A stretch of DNA of 64,000 bases from Octopus vulgaris. Lineage: Eukaryota. The position numbers and the translations under genes were made by a program. The DNA lies in assembly GCA_951406725.2 (NCBI GenBank), contig OX597833.1, forward strand, positions 38,316,001 to 38,380,000, in the 5' to 3' direction. Positions 26,401-39,925 of the stretch are shown here, one piece after another. Each line of letters starts with the position of its first letter. Within the stretch, counting starts at the first letter, position 1. Below the pieces are notes generated by a model. The model searched no databases and had not been told where the DNA came from. It was given only the letters and a program-made list of their open reading frames with translations.

Positions 26401-29400
26401 ATTTGTGTTTGGCTGTCATTCTCATCCTATCATCATCATCATCATCACTTAATATCTGTCTTCCATGCTGGTATAGTTCAGATGGTTCAACAGGATCTGA
26501 TGAGCTGGAGGATTGCATTGAGCTCCAATGTCAACTTTGGTATGTATGGTTTCTATTGCTGGATGCCTTTCAGAACACCAACCACTTTGCAGAGTGTACT
26601 GGTTGCTTTTTTCATGGCACTGGCCCTTGTGAAGTTGCTAAGTAATGTTCAAGACATGCCCACTTGACTAAGTGGAAGTATAGTTGAAAGGGAAGTGGTT
26701 TTATGCTGGATGTTGGATGTTTTATGCTGAATGTATGACAGAGAAAACAGGTATCTTACTGTGGAGACTCACACACACACATTCACACATCACACTACAC
26801 TACACTACACACACACACACACACGTGCGCGCGCGACAGACTTCTTCCAGTTTCCACCTGCTAAATCTACCCACAAAGCTTTGGTCAGGCAACCTGGGGT
26901 TGCCTGAAGTCACTTGCCCAAAGTGCTTTGTAGGGGGGCTAAAATATATTAATATATATAAAATTCATAAGAATTTGATAAACCTCAAGAAAATATGGTT
27001 CTTGAAGCAAATAAAGCTATAAATAACATTTACATGCTATTATACATGCTATTATTTATAGCTTTTATTTCAAGATTCAACTTTCCAATATATATATATA
27101 TATATAAAATCTTGCTGATCCTGCCAAATACAAACTAACCAGCTATTCTCACTGTAGATATCTCAAAAGTGATAGAAATGATTTCAGACAGAGCAGGTGA
27201 TGATGGTTGTTGTTGTATAGGCCAAGGCCAGTGAAGTAGATCTCTGTTCAGAGGGATTCTTGCTACAGTATTCTTGTCTTTATTTTTTTCTATTTTAGTG
27301 ATTAACTATATTATTCAATCTCTGTATTTATAAATCAGTTAAGATGTAATTTGTGAGAGATTTCACTTCTATTTCTAGCTGGTCAAGTAGCTGTCAGTCT
27401 CATTGGTTCATGATGACAGTGATGGTAGTGGTGATAATAATCATGATAATATAGAAGAATATAAAATGTTTCTGTATGAATGAAACTTACTGGCAAGAAA
27501 AATAATTTTCGCTGAAAGATAGACGGACATACAGACAGAATATAACAGTGTCAATTGAATAGTTGGAAAGATATTTTTTAAATATGTTCTGTGACATTGT
27601 GGAAAGTGAACTGGTCATTATCTCATGGGGGAAATAATTTCTATAAAAGCAAATTTATATGTTAAAATTGAACTAAGTTGTTCAGCTGTGTTCTTCTGTA
27701 ATTGAATATTTGAAGGTTTTAAAAGCCATTATGTATATTTAAAAAAATGGTTTGTAGGAATCAAAACTGTGTTAATATTACTTCTCAAAGAATTCTATAT
27801 CCAATTGCTTTGAATATTCCTTTCTTTCTTAAGTGCTGGGATTCCAGTGTTTCTCCCTCCTGACTTTGGCAAGCTAAATGATAGTAGCTGGTGGTCGGGG
27901 ACTATATTGTGCCTTCTTGGGTGGTATTTGAATAGGAGTGTGTAGGAGGCAAAAACGTTATTCTCCAGAGAGAAAAATTTCATTGAATGAGAACTAAAAA
28001 AAAAAAAAAAAGAAATCCAATCTGACAAATTTTGATGTTATTCCTTATTTGCTCAGTAATTGAGGCAGGTCAATAGAGTTCAGGTGTCATTAACCAAATG
28101 AAATATTAATTGCTTCCTGTACAATTCCATTTCGTGCCTACCAGCCTCCACCTTTTCTCCTTTCTTTCAAAATTGTCTACACTTATTAAATATTTGCTTA
28201 TGAGTAGAAAAGATGTAATAGCTAATAATCTTTTCATTCACTTCAAATCCCACAATTTATTTGTAACTTATATATAAAATGTTAATATAAACACCCATCA
28301 TTGCCTAGCAGAAAATAGTTAAGATAAATATAGTTTTTGTGAATGTTTGGCATAAGCTTTTTTTTTCTTCTTTTTTTCTGTTTAAAAAAAAAGAAAAAAA
28401 ATTGTCTGTTATAACTTTATCAGAGAAGGGATGGACTGTGCTCATGACTTTCAGATTGGTGCCAATAGCCAACCTGAATAACTGCAGGTCACTGTCTGCA
28501 GGAAGGAAATACATAAACTTAAGGAAGGTGGTGGATTGCCACTAGTATTCTGATCTGTTGGTTTCCAATGAACTTTAAAATCATTCAATCCCAGTTGGTG
28601 ATGTTAAACTTTGCAGAATTTTAGGTATTCTGACACCCCTCATTTCTGCACAAAAAAAAAAAAAATGTCTATGGTATGTCAGTATAGAAGGGATGTTCAG
28701 CAAGAAAGGAATGGTAATTTGAAGTAGGATTCAAATATTTACACAAATGATTAATTTTGGTTCCAGATATACTGCATTATGGTGCACAAACTCTGAACCT
28801 TTCCACTTGAGAGGTTCAGATGACATCCTATTACTTTGCTGAGACTCCTGATAAATTTGAGAATTTAGTTCATTAAATTCTGAGACAAAAAAAAAACAAA
28901 AAGAAACTGAAAAATACTTTCTCCAATTCCAACTGTGATGTTTTAATAGATAAGTCTTGAATTGTTTATAAATAATGTTAGAAATATAACGGCACTCATA
29001 CAATCTTTGTAAGTTTAGAGCAGTCAGATCATTACTTTAAGTGGAGTAAAATGAGATAATTCCTATGAGCTAAGAGTAACCTGATAATCCTTTTAAGTTG
29101 AGCACATCTAGTTGATTAGTTGATATTTATTTGGTAGCGTCTAAGTAATTCTGGTAAGATAACAACTGCTGACTGCTAACGTAGTCTTTGGGTGTCTTTA
29201 GTGCCCCCGCCCACTGTATTACAAGCATTTAGGCCCCATCTTCAGTTTAAAGTCATGGCTACTGCTCTTCCTCCTTTGACCAAAAAAAAAAAAAAAAAAA
29301 AATTCTCCTTAGAACATTAATCATAGCTGTGTGATTAAGAAGTTCACTATGTGATTTTGGATTCAATTCAACTATGTTGTTAGCTGAAGTGTTTTCAATC

Positions 29401-29618
29401 ACAACCTCATATTGCCCAAAACTTATGTTGATGTTTGATACATAAAAACTGTGTTGAAGTGTGCTGGGGACCATTCCTGTTCTTGTCTGGTTTATCACCA
29501 TTGTCTGGCACTTGGGTGCTTTTAGCAGAGTCCACTCTGTTACATTTATGTCAAATGTTTGCTTTGAGGATAACTTCTTTCCCTTTCTTCTTTGCCCAAG
29601 TCCTGTAACATGAAAATT

Positions 29619-29657
<39 letters not shown>

Positions 29658-32654
29658 GTATGCAAAATGAGCAGCTCTGAAATATTTGGGCATTACTAAG
29701 TTGCCATCAGTTATTCAACCCTTTAGCGTTCAGAATCCCTGTCAAATGCAATTCTTATTTATTCACATGATTTTGAATTAATCATGCGCAACCTTGTAGC
29801 TTCAAGATTTTGATGAAGTAATTGCTTATTTTTATAATAACAATGTAGGGTAGATGTAAAAGGCCAGATTTGGTCAGTTCAAACATAAAACAGGTGGAAT
29901 ATTTGGATTGGACATGGCTAGTTTAAATACTGAAGAGTTAAGTCAGTTAACTTTAAGATCTACATTTAGAATGGTTAAATGTAGTAGTAACTACCAGCAG
30001 TTACTAAGTTGGGGATGGTGGAATGTTAACTTATTGCCGGCAGCATTTTAGGAATATATAATAACAGTGTATAGTAGACACTACATATATCTATCAGTAA
30101 GTATTAATTAAGTGAAACAGTTGACTCAATGCCAATAGAATCTATAATTAGATTACCTGTATCTAGTGGTCAAAGCAGGTATTGCCAACCAACAGCTGAG
30201 GTCTGGAGAGGGTTTATAATTGTTGATGTATTTATGTCATAGTCTTACAGACTAATTTGGTTTTAGTTGGGATCATAATGTATCAGAATTAATATATGTT
30301 GTCTTGTTGGTAACTGTCATTGAATGCTGATGTTGTTTTGAAGTAAATTTAGAGCACAAAGATACCCATTGAAAGAAACATTTGTTCATCAGTTCAACCA
30401 TGGCTTCCTGTCTTCATTGTGGGAACATGTCTTAATATTTAGTACCTATGAATGTGGTGAGCTGGCAGAATTGTTAGCGCACTGGGCAAAATGATGAGCA
30501 ACATTTTGTCTGTCTTTATGTCCTGAGTTCAAATCCCACTGAGTTCAAGTTTGCCTTGCATCCTTCCGTGGTTGAAAATTTGAAACCAATATTTAGCACT
30601 AATTAGCAATGAAACTGTCTTCAGTAAACTTCTGTTCTCAAGATGTATTGCAAATGTCTCATCATTTTCTCTCTCTCTCTCTCTCTCAATGGTTCTGTGT
30701 CATTACTCCAGCTCTTGTATCACTGTCTCTCTACCAAATGTCTTGTACCACTGTCTCTCTACCAAATGTCTTGTACCACTGTCTCACTAAAGTTGGAAAT
30801 AAATTATGCCTTAAGTTCAGTGACGGATGTGCTGTTCTAAAATTTAACAAAGGCATCCACATTTCTCAATGATTTAAGTCTTTCATGTTTGCAACTATTG
30901 GCATATCTTTACTCTCCATAAGTGCAACTCTCTTTCTGTCAATTTTTTATGATATACATTAATTTGTGAGCTAGTGAGGAAGCCTCTATGTAGTTGCTCC
31001 ATTGCTAGGAACAGTAATCAGTTTTTCCTTAAAACCACACTCTACTATCTTAAAAAGAAATATTAAATATCTAAAGTATGCTATTCCTAAAAAGAAAAAG
31101 ATGGTATGTCATAGCTGGAATGGCTTTGATCGTAGGTCTGCTCAGTCAAGACTGACCTGGGGCTAAACAGCAAACTATACAATTCCATCCTGAACAATAA
31201 CAGCATTGAACTCCATAGTGTATGAAGGCCTGCCAAGACCATGGGTAGTGCTACTCTTCCTTGGACTGAATAATAATCAATTAAACAAAAACAACTAATC
31301 TAAATGCTGTTTAGAATATGTTATCTGTCTTCAGTGCCCCCTTTCACTGAATGTTTATTTAAAAAACACATCCTCTCCCTATGTCTTGCATAGATAAAAA
31401 AACAACCCCCAAAAAACCTCCTTCCCAGAAGTTAATTTTGCACTGTAGTTTATTGTCCACATTTTCTTATAGTACATATCATCCAGCACGTTCTCCTTTT
31501 TAGATATTTGTATGGACTGTGTTAAGTATATTATACTGGATTTTGGTACATCATCAGTCATGTTTCTGCTCAGGCACAGACATGACTGTGGTATTAGAAG
31601 TTTACTTCCTAACCAGATGGTCTTCAGTTCAGTCCTACTGTGTGGCATCTTGGACAAGTGTCTTCTGCTATAGCCCCAGGTTGACTAAAGCCTTTTGAGT
31701 GGATTTGATAGATGGAAACTGAAGGAAGTCTGTTGTATGTATATGTATAGGTTGCATGTGTTACTGTCTCCTTGCTTTGATTTCATATGATTGTTGTAAA
31801 TGAACATTAGCGTTATGCAAGTGATTGCCTTCATTTCCAGTCTTCTGTGAAAACATATATATTCAGGTATAAAATCTTATTTACATATTGTGGTCTGTAT
31901 TAGCTACCAGTTGCTGACAGTGTCATTGAAAAGTCATTTGCAATATATTCTATTGTTACAGAAGCTATATAATTCACACTGTACTGCATGCCATCATTAC
32001 ACTGCACTGTAGGCAATTTAGGGCACAAAGAGGTTAACTAAAACATCAAGAAGCGGGTTTGTAATCTGTAAAGATTAGTGGCTGTTATTTAAAAAACATA
32101 TCCCCTGTATGTTTAAACAAACTAGAAATTATGTTTCTGTGTATATATGGCTAGACTTGCATGTGTGTGCGCACTCATACACACACGCGAACACATTCTT
32201 CTGAGTAAACAAAATGAAAATTATGTCATTCTTTTACTTTTGCGACTGTGTCTTTTGTTGTCAAAGCACTGACTAATTACAAAAATGTGAAGTGCTTAGA
32301 AATATATAGGTCACAAACAAGACATGGAATCTACTTCAAAAAGTACCTGTTAGAAAATAAAAATAACAACAACAAGAATAACAAATGAAATATGAAATAA
32401 AAATATAAATGCTGTATTGCTAAAACCCTTCTAAAACTTATTTCTTCATACAAATTGTCGATTATTGGTTTAGTGTAGATCAGCATTTGTCAAATTGGGA
32501 TGTTAAAATTAATTTCCATGCGGGCTGGGGATTCAAATGAAACTTTACCTGCCTTTGAATGCCACTTTAGAAAATTTAGAGCAAGGTGCTTGCTATTTCA
32601 GTTTGTCATCAAACAAGGGTGTCGGACTAACAAAACGGTTGGGAGACAAAGTTG

Positions 32655-32788
32655 TAGGTCAGTCACTGGTTCACTATTGGCCAATCACTGCTTCACTAAA
32701 CAGCCAATCATTGGTTCACTTTAGGCTAATTCCTGATTTGCTGTAGGCCAGTCACTAGTTCACTGTACACTAGTCACCAGTTCACTTC
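32655..32788 (+). repeat. Degenerate ~22-bp tandem repeat x6
   Basis: Units resemble TAGGCCA(A/G)TCACTGGTTCACT. Confidence 0.75.
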
Positions 32789-32979
32789 ATTTTAATACTC
32801 AGATGTGGATTGGTGCAGACATAGCTGTGTGATAAGACATTTGCTTCCCAACTACATGGTTCCGGGTTCCATTCCACTGCATGACATGTTGGGTGAACGT
32901 CTTCTGTGTGTGTGTGTGCGTGTGTGTGTGTGTGTATATATACTGTCCAATTTTATAATGCATCATCCTAATTATATGT

Positions 32980-33345
32980 GCAGGTGTGGCCATGTAGCAA
33001 GAAGCTTACTTGTCAACCACACGGTTCTGGGTTCAGACTCACTGCATGACACCTCCCACTATGGTTTTGGGGCTGACCAAAACTTTTTGAGTGGATTTGG
33101 TAGATGGAAACTGAAGGAAGTCTGTTGTGTGTGTGTGTGTGTTGTGGAAATTATATATATGTGTGACAACTTGTGTTGGTGTGTTTATGTCCCTGTAACT
33201 TAGCAGTTCAGCCAAAGGGATTGAGAGAATAAGTACCAGGCTGGAAAAAATTAGTATTGGGATCTATTCATTTGACTTAAAATTTCTTCAAGGCAGTGCC
33301 CCAGCATGAGTGCAGTTAAATGGCTGAAACAAATAAAAGAAAAAA
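32980..33345 (+). mobile_element. tRNA-derived SINE family A
   Basis: Collinear with 50013-50412. Further copies at ~11684, 23690(-), 31572, 32815, 34312-34652(-), 43097-43435, 49586 and 57032(-). Confidence 0.8.
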
Positions 33346-36300
33346 GATAAGAGATAATACTAATTAATTATGTTAATTAGTATAAGATCTGTTTAACATT
33401 GTTACTTTCAGTTTACTCAACTTTAGTGTAGTACTGGTATTAACATTTTATTAACTTCAGAGAAACACAAAGCCAGCATTGGTTGTGTTTGGACCATAGA
33501 ACCTTGAGGTAAAATACTCAAAAAGATGCCAACTTGGCTCTGTCTCTCATCTATGTCATCTCCTCCCATGCAGTGAGAGAGCTTGCTTGTAATTGCCCAA
33601 CAAATTATAAATAATAACCAAGTCTCCTTCAAATCACACTGTAGAATATATTAAGTAATGTAGTCTTTGATATCCTTAAAAAAAAAAAGACAGGATGATC
33701 ACAGCAGGAGGGGCTCTTATTTTCAATCTACTTGATCAACACTAACTTCTGGCTAAATAGTACCAATAACAACAACTCTACTGCTCTTTATCTAGTCCTA
33801 AACTGGACTGTATTCAGCCTATTGCATATGGCTAATTTGTTTGGTGTTCATCATCCTTTGTTTGGTGTTTCAGGGGTTGCCCTTAACAAATATGGACTAT
33901 AGCCATCCTCTTCAAACATGTGGTCTTTTATTTTAAATTCAATGTTGAGATTGTTGTTTTCTTTCACTTATTTTCTCTCTCCTCTACTCGCTTCTCCTCA
34001 ACTCACTTCTCTCTGCCACTCAACTCACTTCACCTCTTTTCCTCATTCTCCTCTCCCCTTCTCCCAACACCCTCCTTATGTGATTATAACGTTCTGTTGA
34101 TGGCGATCAGCTAGTTTTAGTATACTCTTAAGCTTTCCTGAGTAAACAATGGTGCCAAGTAGAGACAATATGTTATGTAAAAGCCAGGTATTGGACATTC
34201 CTTTCTCATCTGTAAGACTGATTGGTAAATAACTCTGTTTCATACTTGCTGTTTAATATTCAGGTGTGTGTATTGTCTTTGGCTCTTTCTCTCTATACCT
34301 ATCTTATTTGTTATCTTTTACTTGTTTCAGTCATTAGACTGCAACCATATTAGGGCACTGTCTCGAAATTTTAGTCAAATGAATTGACCCAAGTAATTTT
34401 ATTTTAAGCCTGGCACTTATTCTATCAATCTCTTATATTAAACTGCTAAGTTACGGGGATGTAAACATACCAACAGTGGTTGTCAAGCAGTGGTGGGACA
34501 TACACTTCTTTCAGTTTCCGTCTACCAAATCCTCTCTCAAGGCTTTGGTTGGCCTGAGGCTATAGTAGAAGACACTTGCCCAAGGTACCATACAGTAGGA
34601 GTGAACCCAGAACTATGTGGTTGGGAAACAAGCTTTTTACCACACAGCCATGAGTGTGTATAACACTGATTTGACTTGTTTTGTTTTCTTGTTTGAGACT
34701 AATGTTTTATCTCATAATTATCTTTGTAGTTGAAAGAAATCATTATTATAAATTGTGTAAAACTGATAATTCATATGAGTTAAGGGCTAAACTCTTATAA
34801 GTTGAGAGCAATTATATCATCCTATTAAATTTGGAGCGCCTAGATCAGTGCATTTTTTTAAATGCTGTTGCTTATCTTTTAGTAATGTCTTTTCAATGCT
34901 CACCTCTCCAACACCTTTGCTACAATTCAACCTATCTCATTTCCAATGTTCATATATGTAGTATCAAGCATTTGTAATTTAGTTCCAGGTAACAGTTTGA
35001 TGTAGGTGACTACTTACCACAGTACCATCCTACTATAAGTAAATATTTGACACATCTCCATTAAATTTAAGGTATTCACCCAACCTTTAGCACACGGCTT
35101 CAACCAATATCATGTATGCTTTCTACATTCTTCATATTCACCCTTGTAGCTACAAGTTGAAATTTATCTTTATAATTTTAGTTTATAGTCGTATTTTCTG
35201 TATGATCACATACACGTATATTAATTTCTCTGCTTGCCTCTGAGTTTACACATCCATTTATAGCTGTACTAATAGGGCCTGTACACATATATTAGGGCAT
35301 TACTTCATGCTCCAAGTACAGTGGTCACCTTTATTGCATGTATGAAAATACCCACAAATGTCTTTTAAATTATACTTTAGTTTATTGTTTATAATTTAGA
35401 TACATAGGTGCATATATTCGGTTTTGTTTACCTGTTTATTCATGTTTCTAAGCCTATCATTATTGTTGATGTTGTTGTGATTGTAGATTACAAGCTGTTT
35501 ATCACAACATTACATTGATTTTCTGTAGGAAGACAAAAAAATCTGTACAGATGCATCTATTACCCTTCTATTTTCTCCTTTGTCTCCAAGAGGCTGCACC
35601 AAATGCAAAAAAAAAAATCCAGTATGGTTTAATTTAAGGAAGTAGTGGCTATTTCTAGCAGATCAAATGGCTACATAGTCTCCTTCCTTGGTTCACCTTC
35701 ATTGGTGACAATGCTCGAAGAGTAAAAGCAGAATTATTATCTGCCAGGTTATTCTTACTTTAATATCCTTCACTGATTGGATATTTTTGTATAAAGCTGC
35801 TAGATTTCACTTGTTCATGGATTTTGAATGGATTTTCTGTCAAATCTAATATGTTTAGTCTATGTTGTTGTTTACTGTTGCCCTGTGATGCTTTACAATA
35901 CAACACCCTTCTTCAGACATTCAACACTGTGTGGGAAAGTCCATCATAAAGTATTTTTAAGTCACTATTTTATATTTGTGAAGGTAGATTATGGTTTCCA
36001 TTTGCCTTTTGCATTTATTTGTTGTTCTATAAGGCAACATGTGTGTGTAATTGTTTTATGATTTTATGGCCATATTTCCATGATGGTATTTTTGGTAGGC
36101 ATTTTGAGGCAGTGTTTTATGACTGGATACCTCTTCTGGTGCCAGCCCTTTTACACACCCTTTATAAGATCCTGACTAAAAACTGATATATATATATATA
36201 TATCCTACACTTCAGACTTCCTCATGTTCCTTTCTGTTGAAGAGCATTGGCTTGAAATGTAAAAGACTTTCTCACTTTCCTGAGCATCAAACAAATACAC

Positions 36301-36691
36301 TTGCTTGTTATTTATACACCTGTCTTCGTCTTTTGCTTTCCTGTAAATTTCAATTTTACCTAAGTAAAGTCATTAATGGCAAAACCGGTCTACGATTAAT
36401 TCTTTATTTTGTATATTTTCATCTGTCTTACCTGCCTATGTTCTGGTGTTTGCTGAATTTTTCTAGAGAACATTCTTTTCTTTGTGGTTAGATCGTAGGT
36501 GATCTACTTCTAGCACATTGGATGTCCACTTAGTTGTCATCCCTTCTTATACGCATATATATATATATACTAGCAGCATAGCCCGGCGTTGCCCGGGTAT
36601 GTAAGAGCCCCTAGTAGGCAACGACTAATCCCAATGTAGTCCTTTGCCTCCAGGGAACGAAGGTGCATGTGGACGTTGCAATGTCTTGTCT

Positions 36692-39600
36692 TCACTGGAA
36701 TACTTCTGTATATACGATGTTCCTAGCTGTCCGTTGGGGCGAAAACATGAAAACATCATTGCGCCTCCCAACGCGTGAACAGCCCACGTAGAGTTGACCT
36801 TGGGCGAAGCACTGTTCGCCCAAATGTAACCCAGCGACTTGTAGCGTTTGGCCTTGGGATTTATTGATGGACATTGCGAAGCAGAGTTTAACAGGAAACT
36901 GAGAACGCCTGAAGTGGATTGGTAGGTCAGCGTCCGACGGTTGAAGGTGCATCCGTGGAATGAAGACGTCCTCTCCCTTCCCACAACCGGTAAGTATTGT
37001 GGCCGTTATTAAATGTGGTGCCAAATGTTTCACAACCAAACGTGTGCCGTTGCACTGTTTAGGTGGAACCAAATTCCTGATGAGCATAATGGGCGCACCG
37101 ACTTTTAACTTCAGGATGTGTGGTGGCAGGCCTGGCGGTTCAAGTGAATTCAGGAATTCAACAGGATAATCGGCAAGCTGGGCGGGGTCTGCTGTCCTAT
37201 CTATAGATTTGTAGACGTGGACATCACCAGGAATAGCTTCAAGTAGCTGGATATTGATGGAGTTGACGGTTGTATTTTTGGGTGCGAGAATAGCTCTGCC
37301 TGCCAGCCATTTTAGGTCGCGTAAATTGTTTTGTAGGTCGTGGAAGACAGCGTCCCGGAGGCTAGCAGGGGTGTCGACAATGGTGCAAAGTGAGTCCAAT
37401 TGAACGTAGCCATCCGCATCAGACAGCATCCTATTTTCACCGAGCGATAAGAGGTCCCTGGAGAATGCAGCGGATCCGCTGTCACCAATTAACTGCGCGC
37501 GCATGTTAGTTTGGAGGTGCAAGGGCCGCACATGTGCCCAAAGAGCTGACGACTTAAGGCACGCGCGCACGGCATCGGCACGGGTTCCTTTTGGAATAAC
37601 AGGTAGAGTCTGCCTGAAGTCTCCTGAAAGAAGTAAAGTTAATCCTCCCATGGGGGCCGTAGAGTCTCTGATGTCTTGCAGGGACCTGTCCAGTGCCTCA
37701 AGGGCGCCTTTGTGTGCCATAGTGCACTCGTCCCATACGATGAGTTTGCATCTGCGCAGAATGTCGGCCTGTTCTGAGTTCTTGGCGATGTTGCAGATAG
37801 GTGACTCGGACTTTGCCAGATCGAGCGGGAGTCTGAAGGCAGAGTGGGCGGTTCTGCCACCCGGAAGCAACGTGGCCGCGATACCAGAGGAAGCTACAGC
37901 CAGGGCAATGTCCGTGTTGCGTCTGACCTCTGCCAGAATTAGTTTAGTGACGAAGGTTTTGCCAGTGCCGCCGGGTGCATCAAGGAAGAAAATCCCCCCA
38001 CGTTGCTGTCTGACAGAGTCTACGATGGTGTTGTAGGCTATGCGCTGGTCTGGAAGCAGCCGTGGTTCATTATCTTGGACGTACTGGTGCAGTTCCTCAA
38101 TGCAGTAGGAAGTTTCGCGTAACAATTCAGCAGACATAACATTGGCGTGTTCACGTGTGGGTGGTGGAAGGCCGTACTCTGTTAAAGCAGACCCACCCAT
38201 ATCGATGACAGCGTCTTCGAGTTGAATGAGCGCAAAATTGTAAATGAAGTTGGTGAACGTGATCTCGGCGGAAGGGCAGTGTTGCTGAGCCGTACGTAAG
38301 AAGTCGTGCGACATGTCATCCCTGTATTTCATCCAGAGACTTAGTGGATCACTAAGCTGACATTTTTGAAGAAGGATTGCGAAAAGATGTCGTAGGGCCG
38401 AATGCGTTTGCAGTAAAGCACCCTCTGCCATCGTGGCGTCCCACTGGGAGTCATCCTCTAGAAGGCCAAGTCTCATACATGCTTCCCTGAAGGTGTCGCA
38501 CATAACCCCATTGACGGTACGTATATTGGCGAAACCTGTTGGACCAGTGACCTCATGTAGAAGGAGACGGAGGTAGAAGCATTCTTGCTGGTTTGGCGGG
38601 ATGTTGTAAACTCGACCCAGGCAGGAGTCAAACTTGACGCCTGGGAAGCTTTCGACGTTTTTGCCGGATTTCCGTCGAACCCAGGTGTTTTTAGACCACA
38701 CGAAGTACGATGGGACCTGTGGGTACAAAAGCGTTCGAGCGAAGTCATCACGTTGGCATAATTTGAAGAAACCAGTCAACGTTGTGTCTTTAGGGCTGGT
38801 GGCTATCTGCACAGCACTTTGCTCTGTGAAGTAAATCCGCTGTCCATTTTCCAAGTGTACAGCAAGCTGCACCACAGCCGGGTGTCTCTGATGGAGCGGG
38901 AAGCCGTAAATGCGCCAAAACGCTTCGTTGCTGCTGAGGTACCGGCCAGCCAAGTAGTTGGACACTTCGTCGCGACTGGTGGTCCTCTGGATGCTGAACA
39001 TGGCAGCATCGCTGCCTTTGTTGATATATTTGCAGACATATTGTATTGACCTGATGGAGCTGCAGAACTCAACGTTGACGTGGGCTTTGAATATCTTCGA
39101 CAGGAGAGGACAGTAGGGGACAATGTAGCTGTTGTCCACTTGATGTCGCCCAACCGTAATCGTGCGGCCTCCATTGGCTGGACTCCTTCGTTTGTACAGC
39201 GGATACCCATCGCCGCCTGTTTGAGTCTCCAAAGTGAACCGTTTAGGGAATCCCTTTGAGCAGGCTAATCCGTTTTTGTAGCATGGTGTGTTGGCGTAAT
39301 TTGGTCCACAGGGCCCGTGTACCATGGTAGTGCGGACAATTTCGTAGAGTCCGGGGTCCTCATCGGGGTCAGGAATCTCGGCGGAAATGAATTTGTCAAT
39401 GTCATTAGTCTCGATTTTATGAGTGAGCCAAATTAAGATGTGAGCATGTGGCAAGCCCCTCTTTTGCCACTCGACCGAAAACATGTGGCACCTGACATGC
39501 CTGAAAATCTGACCCTTAACTATCAAATCCTTCATTTTGCCCAAATTCAGACGGAAAACCCTAGCAACGATGTCGTGTCGATGGGTGTGAGATTGACCCG

Positions 39601-39925
39601 GGAGGAGTTCGCGAGTGATTTCGTCGCAGCTGGGATTGCACGTGTAGGTGATAAAGAGGTCCGGCCGGCCGTAAATGCGCACGTAGATCAAGGCGTCTTG
39701 GGTCCTTTCACGCATATATCGCGGTCCTCCCGTGAAGGTGGAGGGTAGAATGCATGGCTTGCCGATGTTGCGAGGGTCATTTTCTTGTTGCAAACCGTCA
39801 CAGAGATGAATGTAGGAGTCGGAGCGAAGTTTGGTCTGATTAAGTTTAATGTATAGCAGCCTTTCCGATTCCATTTTTGCGGCCATGTCGACGGCGAACT
39901 GGTTGAATAGCTGACGACAACGGGC
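36692..39925 (-). CDS. Helitron Rep/helicase, C-terminal part (HUH endonuclease + PIF1-family SF1 helicase)
   Basis: HUH motifs PDLFITYTCNP, VEWQKRGLPHAHIL and YVCKYINKG. Helicase motifs DAPGGTGKT (Walker A), IVWDECTM, GDFRQTLPV, MSINKSQGQT and GQLYVGCSRV. The frame stays open upstream of the listed Met (RCRQLFNQFAVDMAAK) to ~39936. Confidence 0.95.
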   Translation of the reverse strand, partial: ARCRQLFNQFAVDMAAKMESERLLYIKLNQTKLRSDSYIHLCDGLQQENDPRNIGKPCILPSTFTGGPRYMRERTQDALIYVRIYGRPDLFITYTCNPSCDEITRELLPGQSHTHRHDIVARVFRLNLGKMKDLIVKGQIFRHVRCHMFSVEWQKRGLPHAHILIWLTHKIETNDIDKFISAEIPDPDEDPGLYEIVRTTMVHGPCGPNYANTPCYKNGLACSKGFPKRFTLETQTGGDGYPLYKRRSPANGGRTITVGRHQVDNSYIVPYCPLLSKIFKAHVNVEFCSSIRSIQYVCKYINKGSDAAMFSIQRTTSRDEVSNYLAGRYLSSNEAFWRIYGFPLHQRHPAVVQLAVHLENGQRIYFTEQSAVQIATSPKDTTLTGFFKLCQRDDFARTLLYPQVPSYFVWSKNTWVRRKSGKNVESFPGVKFDSCLGRVYNIPPNQQECFYLRLLLHEVTGPTGFANIRTVNGVMCDTFREACMRLGLLEDDSQWDATMAEGALLQTHSALRHLFAILLQKCQLSDPLSLWMKYRDDMSHDFLRTAQQHCPSAEITFTNFIYNFALIQLEDAVIDMGGSALTEYGLPPPTREHANVMSAELLRETSYCIEELHQYVQDNEPRLLPDQRIAYNTIVDSVRQQRGGIFFLDAPGGTGKTFVTKLILAEVRRNTDIALAVASSGIAATLLPGGRTAHSAFRLPLDLAKSESPICNIAKNSEQADILRRCKLIVWDECTMAHKGALEALDRSLQDIRDSTAPMGGLTLLLSGDFRQTLPVIPKGTRADAVRACLKSSALWAHVRPLHLQTNMRAQLIGDSGSAAFSRDLLSLGENRMLSDADGYVQLDSLCTIVDTPASLRDAVFHDLQNNLRDLKWLAGRAILAPKNTTVNSINIQLLEAIPGDVHVYKSIDRTADPAQLADYPVEFLNSLEPPGLPPHILKLKVGAPIMLIRNLVPPKQCNGTRLVVKHLAPHLITATILTGCGKGEDVFIPRMHLQPSDADLPIHFRRSQFPVKLCFAMSINKSQGQTLQVAGLHLGEQCFAQGQLYVGCSRVGRRNDVFMFSPQRTARNIVYTEVFQ

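Noticed and set aside
28420-28520. Candidate host exons with acceptor-like tracts (also ~27833-27950 and ~24800-25000)
   Set aside because: No convincing donor sites, early stops or unrecognisable peptides; cannot be supported without RNA-seq.
30721-30785. Short exact tandem duplications (28 bp here; 20 bp x3 at ~3620-3675)
   Set aside because: Ordinary slippage duplications with no further structure.
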